Shown: positions 52,936 through 61,727 of the stretch, piece by piece | How positions within the stretch are numbered: position 1 is the stretch's first letter | Layout of the letters: the number at the start of each line of letters is the position of its first letter | DNA from: Candidatus Sungiibacteriota bacterium | GTDB taxonomy: Bacteria > Patescibacteriota > Minisyncoccia > Sungbacterales > HO2-52-23 | Direction of reading: 5' to 3' | NCBI GenBank assembly: GCA_016432465.1 | Contig: CP066690.1 | Span: 122,702-186,701, forward strand | Length of the DNA: 64,000 nucleotides | Made by a program: the position numbers and the translations under genes | The notes under the pieces: generated by a model | Told to the model about the DNA's origin: nothing | The model's database searches: none | The model's input: only the letters and a program-made list of their open reading frames with translations

Positions 52936-55208
52936 GGCCTTAAAGGAGTAGCAACCTCAATTTGAGAGCGCCCATCGCTTTTAATATCTTCCTTATTTTT
53001 TAGAAAAGTCGGATTTATCACCAGCGCGTAACCGCCGCCAAATTCATGTTTTTTTTGATAGGCGGAGATGGCAACATCGTCCTCCTTAAAAATATTGGAA
53101 AAAATACGGGCGCGGCTTGAGTCTTTAACCGCTACTCCCACGGAACAGGAAGTAATTACGTTTTTGATAATAATCGGCCGCGAGGCCTCACCCACACTAA
53201 TTCCTTTATCAGCGCAGCCAAGAATAATATTTCTTTGAATCAAAACCTGCGAAAAACTTAGATCAATAGCATCCCCGCCGGTCTCTTTTGTGCCCAAGGG
53301 GGAGGCAAAGGTGTTATCTTCCACAATGCTAGTCGCATCCACGGCGTCAAAGTCAAGAGCATCGGAATTTGTCTTGAAAAAGGTGGAGCGACGTATTATG
53401 GCCCGGCCGTATTTTACATTAATTGCATCGTCATCATGCGAGTCAGAAAAAATACTTTGAGAAACCTCAAGATCACTATCGTGTACTGCCAACATACCCG
53501 TGGCTCTGATACCGTTTATCTCAACACCTGATCCTCCGGAAACTTGAGCAAACTCAACCCTGCTGGGAGTTTTACTATTATTAAGTATCAAAATAGAGCC
53601 CCATGGTTTTTGCGCATCCAGAGCCGCAACAATGACTGGTGCGCCGCTGCTACCCACGATCTCCACCGGACCGTAGGAAACTAAGGATACCCCTTCACCC
53701 AGCAGTAGCGTTGTTCCCGCATTTATACGAAGTGTAACGCCCGCAGGGATGATCGTAGTCTCGGTAATAATTGTAGTTCCGGTGCCAAGTGAAACCGTCT
53801 TTTCATCAAGCGCATAAAACCGGGGATTATAGGCCAAAAACTCTATCAGGCTTCGGCTGATTTCTGGAAAACGTGCAAATTCGGTAGGCATAACTAAACT
53901 GCCGGTTTTTTGCAAAAAATACGGCGGTGACACTCGCCCCAAAAAAGCCGTGGCTTTTTGAAAATTACTTTCCGTAAGATCGCGTAACCTGCTTATCTCG
54001 CTCAAATACTTCAGATTGCTGTGAAATTTTAGAGAGTCGCTCAAAAATTCAGGTTTCATGCGTCTTGCTAAACTATCATAAAAGGCAAGATCGTCGCGCA
54101 GGTTATCTTCGTTAAGATAGCTCTTTAGAACCTCGTCGCGCTCTTTACGAAATTCCGGGATGGAAAAGACGCGGCTGGCAAGTTTCTCCGCTGCCTCGTC
54201 CCGCAGATACTCACCCATTTCCATACCCATGTCAAAAGGTACTGTCTCAAATTTTCCGGTGGCGGTATTAAAAATAACAATCAGGTTTGCTGCCTCCCAC
54301 TGATGAGCGCTGTCAGCCAGCGCCCGCAGCGCATGCCAAGCATAAAACTTAGGTAAATCAATAATATGCGGTATGAGTTTAGTGAACATGGTATCATCGG
54401 TCTTTTCAATAATCTCAACTAAAGCTTCCAGTTCCGGAAACGACTTTGTGTTATTTTGGGTATAACTCTTCCAGCGGCGCAATCCTTCCCTGGAAAAAAG
54501 CGGGGCAGTATCTTCAAAAAGGCCGGGTTTTCCGTCATCAACCGCAAGAATATGGGAAGTATCGGGAAGGCCGGAACGCGAAAGCCAACGATTGGACCAC
54601 TGCTCCCAAGCCATATAAACGCCTGCATCCCAACCGTTTATTTTCAGCCGCACAAACCAAATATCCGGCACGTTAAGTCCCAATTTACGAGCACGGTAGG
54701 CGTTTAAAAGTTCTATAAAATAGAGCCGATCATAGGGAATCACCAAATTCAGACCCTTCATGCCTTGAAAACGAGACTCTTTAGAAAAATTTATCCGCCA
54801 GGACTTCTGCGCTGCCGCCCAATGGTTATTTTTAAAACCCCTATACCTTAGTTCTACCCGCTCCCTAAAATCTCCGGCAGCAAAGTCGGCTTTAACCCTT
54901 ACCCGATTATCATCAAGAAGCGGCGCCCCAAAAGGGTCAGGAAGACCGGCGTTTAAGGTGGCAAGATCCTGCTTTTTTATAACAAGCTTGTAAACAGGGA
55001 GCCGGGTTTTGTAGAAAAAATACGGGGAAAACACTAAATCAGGAAGTTTGCGCACCGACCTGTAGGTTGGCACCAATTGCTGAAACATCGGGCTTTGTAT
55101 CAAACGATAACGAAGTGATTCTGATTTTATAACAATAAGTCCGGCCACAAATATAAGGACAAGAAGGAGGACTGATATTTTTTGATTTTTATAAACCGAC
55201 GCAAACAT
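52932..55208 (-). CDS. CotH-family atypical protein kinase fused to a C-terminal right-handed beta-helix (PbH1 repeat) domain; N-terminal signal/anchor
   Basis: N-terminal TM segment. CotH-like core across residues 100-450. The C-terminus has PbH1-like repeats (NIILGCADKGISVG, NVITSCSVGVAVKDSS). Confidence 0.55.
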   Translation of the reverse strand: MFASVYKNQKISVLLLVLIFVAGLIVIKSESLRYRLIQSPMFQQLVPTYRSVRKLPDLVFSPYFFYKTRLPVYKLVIKKQDLATLNAGLPDPFGAPLLDDNRVRVKADFAAGDFRERVELRYRGFKNNHWAAAQKSWRINFSKESRFQGMKGLNLVIPYDRLYFIELLNAYRARKLGLNVPDIWFVRLKINGWDAGVYMAWEQWSNRWLSRSGLPDTSHILAVDDGKPGLFEDTAPLFSREGLRRWKSYTQNNTKSFPELEALVEIIEKTDDTMFTKLIPHIIDLPKFYAWHALRALADSAHQWEAANLIVIFNTATGKFETVPFDMGMEMGEYLRDEAAEKLASRVFSIPEFRKERDEVLKSYLNEDNLRDDLAFYDSLARRMKPEFLSDSLKFHSNLKYLSEISRLRDLTESNFQKATAFLGRVSPPYFLQKTGSLVMPTEFARFPEISRSLIEFLAYNPRFYALDEKTVSLGTGTTIITETTIIPAGVTLRINAGTTLLLGEGVSLVSYGPVEIVGSSGAPVIVAALDAQKPWGSILILNNSKTPSRVEFAQVSGGSGVEINGIRATGMLAVHDSDLEVSQSIFSDSHDDDAINVKYGRAIIRRSTFFKTNSDALDFDAVDATSIVEDNTFASPLGTKETGGDAIDLSFSQVLIQRNIILGCADKGISVGEASRPIIIKNVITSCSVGVAVKDSSRARIFSNIFKEDDVAISAYQKKHEFGGGYALVINPTFLKNKEDIKSDGRSQIEVATPLRP

Positions 55209-55229
55209 ATTGAGGTCTATCTTATAACT

Positions 55230-58200
55230 TTATCCTTCACTGGCGCAAACGCGGAGCACCTGTTGATATGCCGCAACATAAGATTCCCAGCCCCGATGAG
55301 GAAGTTGCTTTATCTTCTCTTCGGCCGCATGCGCCAAGTAACTACGTAATTCTTTATCCTGATAAAGTCGAAGGAGTGCCTTGAGAAATTGTTTTTTGTC
55401 ACCCACTGGCACCACTAATCCATTCTCTCCATTGTGCACCACCTCCCCCGCCAAACCTACGTCAGTCATAAGAATGGGTAGAGAAGCGGCCATGGCTTCT
55501 ATAATAACCCGCCCCCACCCCTCATAATTTGATGATAAAACAAAGAGATCAAAAGATTTATAAAACGACGGTAGATCATCACGCCACGGCTCAATAAAAA
55601 CGTTTTTGTCTAATCCGTAATTTCTAATTTGTAATCTGTAGTTGTCTCTATCGGGCCCGTCTCCCACCAACACTAAAAGCGTCTTGGGGTACATCTTCGT
55701 CAAATTCCGCATCAACTCAATAAGCATGGAAAAGTTTTTTTCTTTATCTACGAAACGCCCCACACTTACTATTTTAAATTCGTAGTCCCAAAAACGCTCC
55801 TCGGTTTTAGGATCTCTATCGGAATTAAGAAATTTAGAAATGTCGGTAAAGATAGGCAAAACCGTAATTTTATCTTCGGTGGCAAGTCCTGCCTCCTTTA
55901 AAGAACTTTTAATACGTTCCGAAACTACTCTAATACGGCTTGCTCTGGGTATCAAGAATTTAACCATGAGATATCTAGTAAATTCTTTTAAGGAGGCCTT
56001 CCTGTACCACGGGCTTAAAATATCAGTATGCACTTGAAGCTGAAAGGGCTGCCCAAAACGCCTGCTAAGAAGCCACGCCACCATCCCCTCTTCAAACGGA
56101 TTTTCAGAGCTTATCACCCAACGGCCGCGTCGCTGGAGCAGCCGTGCTCCTTCTTTATAAAGAAGGTACCACGACAAAAGCTTACTGGAGTGAATCGGAC
56201 GTAAAACCAAAGTACCCTCCTTCATAGCAGGCAGCTTATGATGGCTGCGGCAAAGAACATGAAATGAAGAAAATGGTTCGGCGTAAAATTGCGCCCTTTC
56301 CCGAAGCGGAGAATTATGTTGAAAAATACTCTCATCCGTGCCGATGGTTAAAATATTTAACCCCGCGGGCGGCCCGATAATCTTTTTAAAAAGTGAGATC
56401 CAGTCCTCTGCAACTTCTTTCCACAGTCTCACTGTCAAGACTGACTTAATGGTCCCTACCGTATCTTTCTTGGCCAACATCACTAACTTTTGGGCAATAT
56501 CGTCTTCAGACAACGGATTTACCAGTACTGCGCTATCGCCCACGTATTCTTTTAAGCCGGACTCCTGCGTCATAACAAATGGTGTCCCCAGTGCCCAAGC
56601 TTCAGCGATAACATTGGGCCCAACATCAGAAAAAGATGGCAGTAAAAATACGGACGCCTCCTGGATTTTTTTAAGAAGTGGGTCATGCGGTACTGGCGTT
56701 AAAAATTTGACTCTGGAAATTTTGTTTTCCTTTACAAACTCCTGCAACCTTTCTTTTTCAGGACCATCACCTACTAAATGAAGTTCATAATCACGCAGGC
56801 CCGATTTGGTAAAAGCGCGGATCAGACGGTAAAGATTCTTCAAATAAAGCATCCTTCCTGCCCATAGGATAACGGGTTTCCGGGTTAATCCTGCGCTGGC
56901 TCCCATTTGCTCCTGTACATTTTGGACAATAGCCGTCTTATTTTTGTCTAAACCATAGGCCTGCTCCACCATTTTCCTGCGCCAATCAGAAGAAAATACC
57001 AACGCATCGGCCCTGTGCATAACCCAGCTACTAATAAATTTTATAACACGCTCTTTCCAGGACAGAGGCATAGGAAGCGTATAAAACTGCGGAAGGGTAA
57101 CATCATTTCGGGTCCTCTCCACAAAAGATTCCCACAGAAAATCGCCTTCCAATCTAATGACCAGCGGCTTTTTATACAAAAAGGATATCAGGGCTGCCGG
57201 CGCTCCCACGCTGAAATAGTCCAAGGAAAAAATTAAATCAGCGTTTTTGGCTCGCTTAACGAGCGAAAGCAAATAAAAAAGATGACGAATCAGGGTTGGG
57301 TATTTTAAAAAGCGGCCAAAAGAAACTACCGAGACGCCGAGGCCTTGCGAGCGAAACTCACGGGAAAGATTCTCGGCATAAAGCGCCGGGCCTCCAAGTT
57401 GAGGAGGGTAAAGAGGTGTAGCAATCAGAAGACGGGTACGAGCTATGTTTTGTGAAAATACGTTTTGATATTTTTGGGCTATGACGTCCCATAAAAAGCG
57501 CTCCTTTATCATTCGTCTTCCATCCTCCACCATTTTTTGCGCTAAAATTTTTTCATCCAAAAGAAACCGGATTTTGGCCGCAAGATCAAGATGATCATCC
57601 ACTTTGACAAAAAGACCGGTTGCTCCGTCTTTGATAATATCCGTTATGCCGCCTACAGCCGTACCAATTATGGGAAGACCCGCGGCCAACGCCTCTATGA
57701 ACGAGATGCCCATGCCTTCGGAACGAGAGGGACGGACAAAAACGTCGGCTTCATGAAGATATTCGGGTATCTTCTCATGCGGGATTTCACCGAAAAATTT
57801 AATATCAGCTTGTAGCTTGCCCGCTCCGCCGGAGCTTGAGCGAGGCGAGTAGCTTGTCCCTAGGCTCTTTGAGCCGGGATCCCGGCCACTTTGTGGCCTA
57901 GGGATAGCTTGTAGCTCAAGATTTTTACGCTCTGGACCGTCGCCGATAATCCAACATTGAACATTAGGAATGGCTTTTTTCACTTCTGCCATTGCCCGAA
58001 TCAAAATATCAATTCCGTTTTTTGGCACCAACCGTGAGGTCGTAATGATGGTAGAAGCAGATTTACGCAAATAGCTATGCGGATTTGCGCGGATATCATT
58101 TCTAAATTTCTCTGCGTCAACGCCGTTATGAATGATCTCTCCCGGTCCCCTATATCCATAACTTCTTGCCAGATTCAAAAGATAAGTAGAGATTGCCGTT

Positions 58201-58664
58201 ACGTAATCGGCCTGCCAAAGAATAAAACGAAAGGCCGCATTTATCGCGCCAAACCGTCCAGAAGCAAGCCGAGCATCCCCTTCCCCGTATTGAATGTTCA
58301 AAATAAAAGGAATTCGGGGATGAAATAACTTATAAATTGCCGCCGTAACAGAGGCATGCGAAATATCCACCCCCACTACCGCACTTGGACACGGCGTGTC
58401 CAAGTTGGACGTTAGGCACCAGAACGGCAGAAGGTATTTATCAAACCGGGAGCCGAATCCGGCTCTTATAATTTTTACGCCCTGATAGGAATCCTCACGC
58501 GGTAAGTCTTTTTTGAATCTGGAAGTTACAATATAAAAATCGAAGCGGTCTTTTAACCGCCTGCAAACCTCCGCTATGGCAATCTCCGCTCCACCAATAA
58601 ACGGGTGGTAGGAGGTAGTAAATACAAAAACTTTTGGCTTCATTGCATTAAAGACAGAAATCAT
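55230..58664 (-). CDS. Giant multidomain glycosyltransferase: three tandem GT4 (GT-B) modules in one 1144-aa polypeptide
   Basis: Three successive GT4-like units, each with its own N-terminal sugar-acceptor half and C-terminal E-x7-E region. The first unit carries an in-frame palindromic insertion at 57806-57918. Confidence 0.65.
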   Translation of the reverse strand: MISVFNAMKPKVFVFTTSYHPFIGGAEIAIAEVCRRLKDRFDFYIVTSRFKKDLPREDSYQGVKIIRAGFGSRFDKYLLPFWCLTSNLDTPCPSAVVGVDISHASVTAAIYKLFHPRIPFILNIQYGEGDARLASGRFGAINAAFRFILWQADYVTAISTYLLNLARSYGYRGPGEIIHNGVDAEKFRNDIRANPHSYLRKSASTIITTSRLVPKNGIDILIRAMAEVKKAIPNVQCWIIGDGPERKNLELQAIPRPQSGRDPGSKSLGTSYSPRSSSGGAGKLQADIKFFGEIPHEKIPEYLHEADVFVRPSRSEGMGISFIEALAAGLPIIGTAVGGITDIIKDGATGLFVKVDDHLDLAAKIRFLLDEKILAQKMVEDGRRMIKERFLWDVIAQKYQNVFSQNIARTRLLIATPLYPPQLGGPALYAENLSREFRSQGLGVSVVSFGRFLKYPTLIRHLFYLLSLVKRAKNADLIFSLDYFSVGAPAALISFLYKKPLVIRLEGDFLWESFVERTRNDVTLPQFYTLPMPLSWKERVIKFISSWVMHRADALVFSSDWRRKMVEQAYGLDKNKTAIVQNVQEQMGASAGLTRKPVILWAGRMLYLKNLYRLIRAFTKSGLRDYELHLVGDGPEKERLQEFVKENKISRVKFLTPVPHDPLLKKIQEASVFLLPSFSDVGPNVIAEAWALGTPFVMTQESGLKEYVGDSAVLVNPLSEDDIAQKLVMLAKKDTVGTIKSVLTVRLWKEVAEDWISLFKKIIGPPAGLNILTIGTDESIFQHNSPLRERAQFYAEPFSSFHVLCRSHHKLPAMKEGTLVLRPIHSSKLLSWYLLYKEGARLLQRRGRWVISSENPFEEGMVAWLLSRRFGQPFQLQVHTDILSPWYRKASLKEFTRYLMVKFLIPRASRIRVVSERIKSSLKEAGLATEDKITVLPIFTDISKFLNSDRDPKTEERFWDYEFKIVSVGRFVDKEKNFSMLIELMRNLTKMYPKTLLVLVGDGPDRDNYRLQIRNYGLDKNVFIEPWRDDLPSFYKSFDLFVLSSNYEGWGRVIIEAMAASLPILMTDVGLAGEVVHNGENGLVVPVGDKKQFLKALLRLYQDKELRSYLAHAAEEKIKQLPHRGWESYVAAYQQVLRVCASEG
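57806..57918. mobile_element. About 100-bp GC-rich palindromic element inserted in frame in the first GT4 module, flanked by 11-bp direct repeats
   Basis: Direct repeats AGCTTGTAGCT at 57807-57817 and 57907-57917. Nested palindromes CCCTAGGC..GCCGGGATCCCGGC..GCCTAGGG and GCTCCGccGGAGC. Encodes an extra Ser/Gly/Pro-rich segment of about 35 aa (IPRPQSGRDPGSKSLGTSYSPRSSSGGAG) between conserved GT4 blocks. Confidence 0.5.
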
Positions 58665-58694
58665 TCACCCTCCCGCCATATTTGGTGGGAGGGC

Positions 58695-60068
58695 TCACCC
58701 GCCACGAATCCGGCTTTTTATCATAATAAATGCCCCGGCCGCAAGAACGCCCACACCCAGCGCTGCGAACAAAAATGCAAAACTGGCAGGGCGGTCGGAC
58801 CGGACGAGGGCCGCACTTTCCGAAGCAGGGTCAGACCCCGTATTTTTTCCCACACTCTCTACTGGGGAAACAACAACAGCTTCTGGTCTAGAAGAAATTG
58901 TGGGCTCCTGACCAGTAACGGCTTTTGCCCATGTCACCGCAACAATACCGTTGGGGTAACGAAGATTTACCAAACTAACTCCATAGTGGAAAAGGCCGGT
59001 GGTACGATTGGAAAACGCGACGGTTGAGCGTCCGCTAATTTTTGTTTGGGAAGGAATAATAAAATTCTGACTGATACCGTCATCAATAATCCAGGCGCCA
59101 ATATCAAGATCAAAGTCATCCGGATTGGTGAATTCAATAAATCCTGCCTCACCCTCTACAACGCGTAAAATCTTTACTTTGTTTGGGATGACATTGACCC
59201 TAACGTAATCAGAAACCGCATGGGTACCTGAAGAAACATGAAGACCCACAAGATACACCCCCGAAGTATTGAAAGTATGGGTAAGCGAGCGGCCCTCGGC
59301 GGTTGCGCCATCACCAAAATTCCACCAAAATCTTGCATTCCCCAACTCACTGCCATCCAGATATTCAGCATAGCCGGGAAAATCTACAATTGCTCCGGCA
59401 ATCACATTTTTATCTTCTCCGGCATATACTCTAAAGGGCGGCGGGGCAATATTCGATATCTGCGTACTTGATGGAGACGACGATTGTTGTTTAGGTTGCT
59501 CCGACATGCCCGAACCTTGATTAGCAGCACGAGGAGTTGCTTTGGCCGTAATCCATGATGGGCCGCCTCTTTGCATTGTATCTTTAGTCGTGTTATCGCC
59601 TGCCGGCCAACCCGAAGAGGCGTTTATTTCGTCAACAGTTTCTCCGCTAGAATTTTTGAGAAATATGTGCTCTCCAAGATTGGAAAGCGCATTATTTTTA
59701 AAGGGGTATATAATATCGGCCGGAGTGCCAGCTACAACCTCATCGCTGCCCCGCTCCAGCAAAAAATATCCTCCGGCCGGAATGGAACCAGATAGCAAAA
59801 AATCAGGCATAGTGTCCGAAGCCACAATTTTCCAACCCCCTAGGGACAGTGCCGAGTCGGTAGGATTATGGAGCTCAACCCACTCGTTATTGGCAGCGGC
59901 CTGTGCGGACTCGCCTTCTTTGGGAAGCGTCCCCATCCAGGCAATTTCGTTAATTAAAATACCCGCTCCCGAAACAGAAAGCGGTATAAAAATACTTATC
60001 AAAATAATTGACACCCGTGGTCCAGCCTTCATTAAAACATCTGTAGCAAAAACCGCTGGAAACGTCAA
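58695..60068 (-). CDS. Cell-surface protein with two lamin-tail domains (LTD), a PKD-like domain and a C-terminal membrane anchor
   Basis: N-terminal signal/TM. LTD signatures ILINEIAW...NEWVELHN and VKILRVVEGE...EFTNPDD. PKD-like WWNFGDGATAEGRSLTHTF. C-terminal hydrophobic helix then RIRGG. Confidence 0.5.
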   Translation of the reverse strand: MTFPAVFATDVLMKAGPRVSIILISIFIPLSVSGAGILINEIAWMGTLPKEGESAQAAANNEWVELHNPTDSALSLGGWKIVASDTMPDFLLSGSIPAGGYFLLERGSDEVVAGTPADIIYPFKNNALSNLGEHIFLKNSSGETVDEINASSGWPAGDNTTKDTMQRGGPSWITAKATPRAANQGSGMSEQPKQQSSSPSSTQISNIAPPPFRVYAGEDKNVIAGAIVDFPGYAEYLDGSELGNARFWWNFGDGATAEGRSLTHTFNTSGVYLVGLHVSSGTHAVSDYVRVNVIPNKVKILRVVEGEAGFIEFTNPDDFDLDIGAWIIDDGISQNFIIPSQTKISGRSTVAFSNRTTGLFHYGVSLVNLRYPNGIVAVTWAKAVTGQEPTISSRPEAVVVSPVESVGKNTGSDPASESAALVRSDRPASFAFLFAALGVGVLAAGAFIMIKSRIRGG

Positions 60069-60835
60069 CTTTTAACCAAAGCCGCTGCGAGCGTCACGCC
60101 ATACCAGTGCAGTTTTGGGAAATAACGCAGGAAACGGCGAAAACCTGAAAGTTTCCCCGCCTCCCAAAATTTCTCAAGGCGCATGCCCAAACTCTCCAGC
60201 TCCCGGATAACCTCGTAGGAAGACGCAAGATAACGCAGGTCATCGTCCTTTTTTTCATAACGACCGGTGGCGTCTGTAAAATTTTCTTTTACGATCCGGA
60301 AGGTAAAAATTCCAAAAATTCTTAAAAAATAGTCAAGCATGCGCAGGGCCACAAAACCGATCCGCCAGAAAGCGGATCTATGCCGTAGGGCGGATGGTCG
60401 CGAAAAAGGAAACTCAAGGTTAGGCGCAAGAATAACGAGACTTCCTCCTCTTTTTAAAACCCGTACACACTCGGCCAAAACCTGCCGAGGATGGAAGACA
60501 TGCTCAATCACAAACAATAAAAGCACGGTATCAAAGCGTGCTTCTGAAAAAGGGAGATTCTCCGCCTCTCCAACAAGAAAAGTTGCATCCGGAAAAATGC
60601 CGGCCCACTTTTCTTTAGCCCCCCTTACTGCGTAGTCTGAACGCTCCAAACCATAATAGCTTACGCCCGAAGGCAGAAAGGATAGAATTTCAGCCGTACC
60701 GCACCCCACTTCAAGAACTGAAGATCCGACTTTTAAATTGGCCCGCAAGTATTCAAGCACCTTAGATCTTGGAAAAGATGACCAATCGCCTTCTTCCCGC
60801 GCCATCTCATAGTAACGGGGTTCAAAAGAAGTCAT
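60065..60835 (-). CDS. Class I SAM-dependent methyltransferase
   Basis: VLEVGCGTAEILSFL motif I and LKRGGSLVILAPN. Confidence 0.6.
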   Translation of the reverse strand: MTSFEPRYYEMAREEGDWSSFPRSKVLEYLRANLKVGSSVLEVGCGTAEILSFLPSGVSYYGLERSDYAVRGAKEKWAGIFPDATFLVGEAENLPFSEARFDTVLLLFVIEHVFHPRQVLAECVRVLKRGGSLVILAPNLEFPFSRPSALRHRSAFWRIGFVALRMLDYFLRIFGIFTFRIVKENFTDATGRYEKKDDDLRYLASSYEVIRELESLGMRLEKFWEAGKLSGFRRFLRYFPKLHWYGVTLAAALVKS

Positions 60836-61714
60836 TTATGGTGCGGGTTCTAGCCTCAATTTAATTTTTGTGATTCTGGATTCAACATCGCTGTCTCCCG
60901 GAAAAAGCTCGTTTACCTTCTGCCACCACTCCAGCGCCTTTCCCCATTCTTTTCTTTGTTCATACAAATAAGCAAGGCGGCTCATTAAAGTTTGGTTTTG
61001 AGGATTAGCCTCAAGCCCCCGCAGTAAAACATCGTCTGCCTCCTCCGCCTTTTCTTTATAGGAATAATAATAAAGTTCAGCAAGCGAAACGTGGGTTTGG
61101 ACATCAGCGGGTTTATTCTTTAGGGAAATTTTAAGATTGGCTTCAGCTTTAGGAAAATCTTTAAGGTATCTCCAGTAAAGCTCTCCTAGATTGGCAAAAG
61201 ATAAAGAGTTTAAGGGCTCAAGCAAACTCGCGTATTCCCAAGCATCCCGCGCTCCTTCAAAATCTCCTATAATTTTTTTGAAAATTCCGACCTGAATCCA
61301 GCCCGTAAAAAAGTTGGGCCGGGCTTTTACTGAACGGCCATGCATATCAAGAGAAGCATAAAGCTCCTGTTTTTGGGCTTCCGTAAATAATTTAACTTCT
61401 TCCGGAATCGGACGAACCTCAATCGGGTCGCGACCGATATAGGGGGGTGGTGGTAGGCCGGCAGTAGTTCGGGTATCTGGGTTTGCCCCCAAAGGAGTTT
61501 TAGTCTGCCCTGTGGGTAAGGATGCCGACTCCGGGACTTCAGTATTTTTCGGAATTTGCGGTAACGGAGCCGATCCCGCTGACGGCTCTAATTTTTTACC
61601 TAAATTTAAAGAGAGGAAACGTGATATCTCGTCTTGAAAAAATATCCCCGCCACAACAATGACGAGCACCAACAAACCCAAAATAGCGTTTTTGTAAAAA
61701 CTTTCTTTTAGCAT
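60836..61714 (-). CDS. TPR-repeat protein with N-terminal membrane anchor
   Basis: N-terminal TM helix, Pro-rich linker, then TPR-like repeats (AWEYASLLEP..., ANLGELYWRY...). Confidence 0.55.
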   Translation of the reverse strand: MLKESFYKNAILGLLVLVIVVAGIFFQDEISRFLSLNLGKKLEPSAGSAPLPQIPKNTEVPESASLPTGQTKTPLGANPDTRTTAGLPPPPYIGRDPIEVRPIPEEVKLFTEAQKQELYASLDMHGRSVKARPNFFTGWIQVGIFKKIIGDFEGARDAWEYASLLEPLNSLSFANLGELYWRYLKDFPKAEANLKISLKNKPADVQTHVSLAELYYYSYKEKAEEADDVLLRGLEANPQNQTLMSRLAYLYEQRKEWGKALEWWQKVNELFPGDSDVESRITKIKLRLEPAP

Positions 61715-61727
61715 ATAGAAAAAGTTA

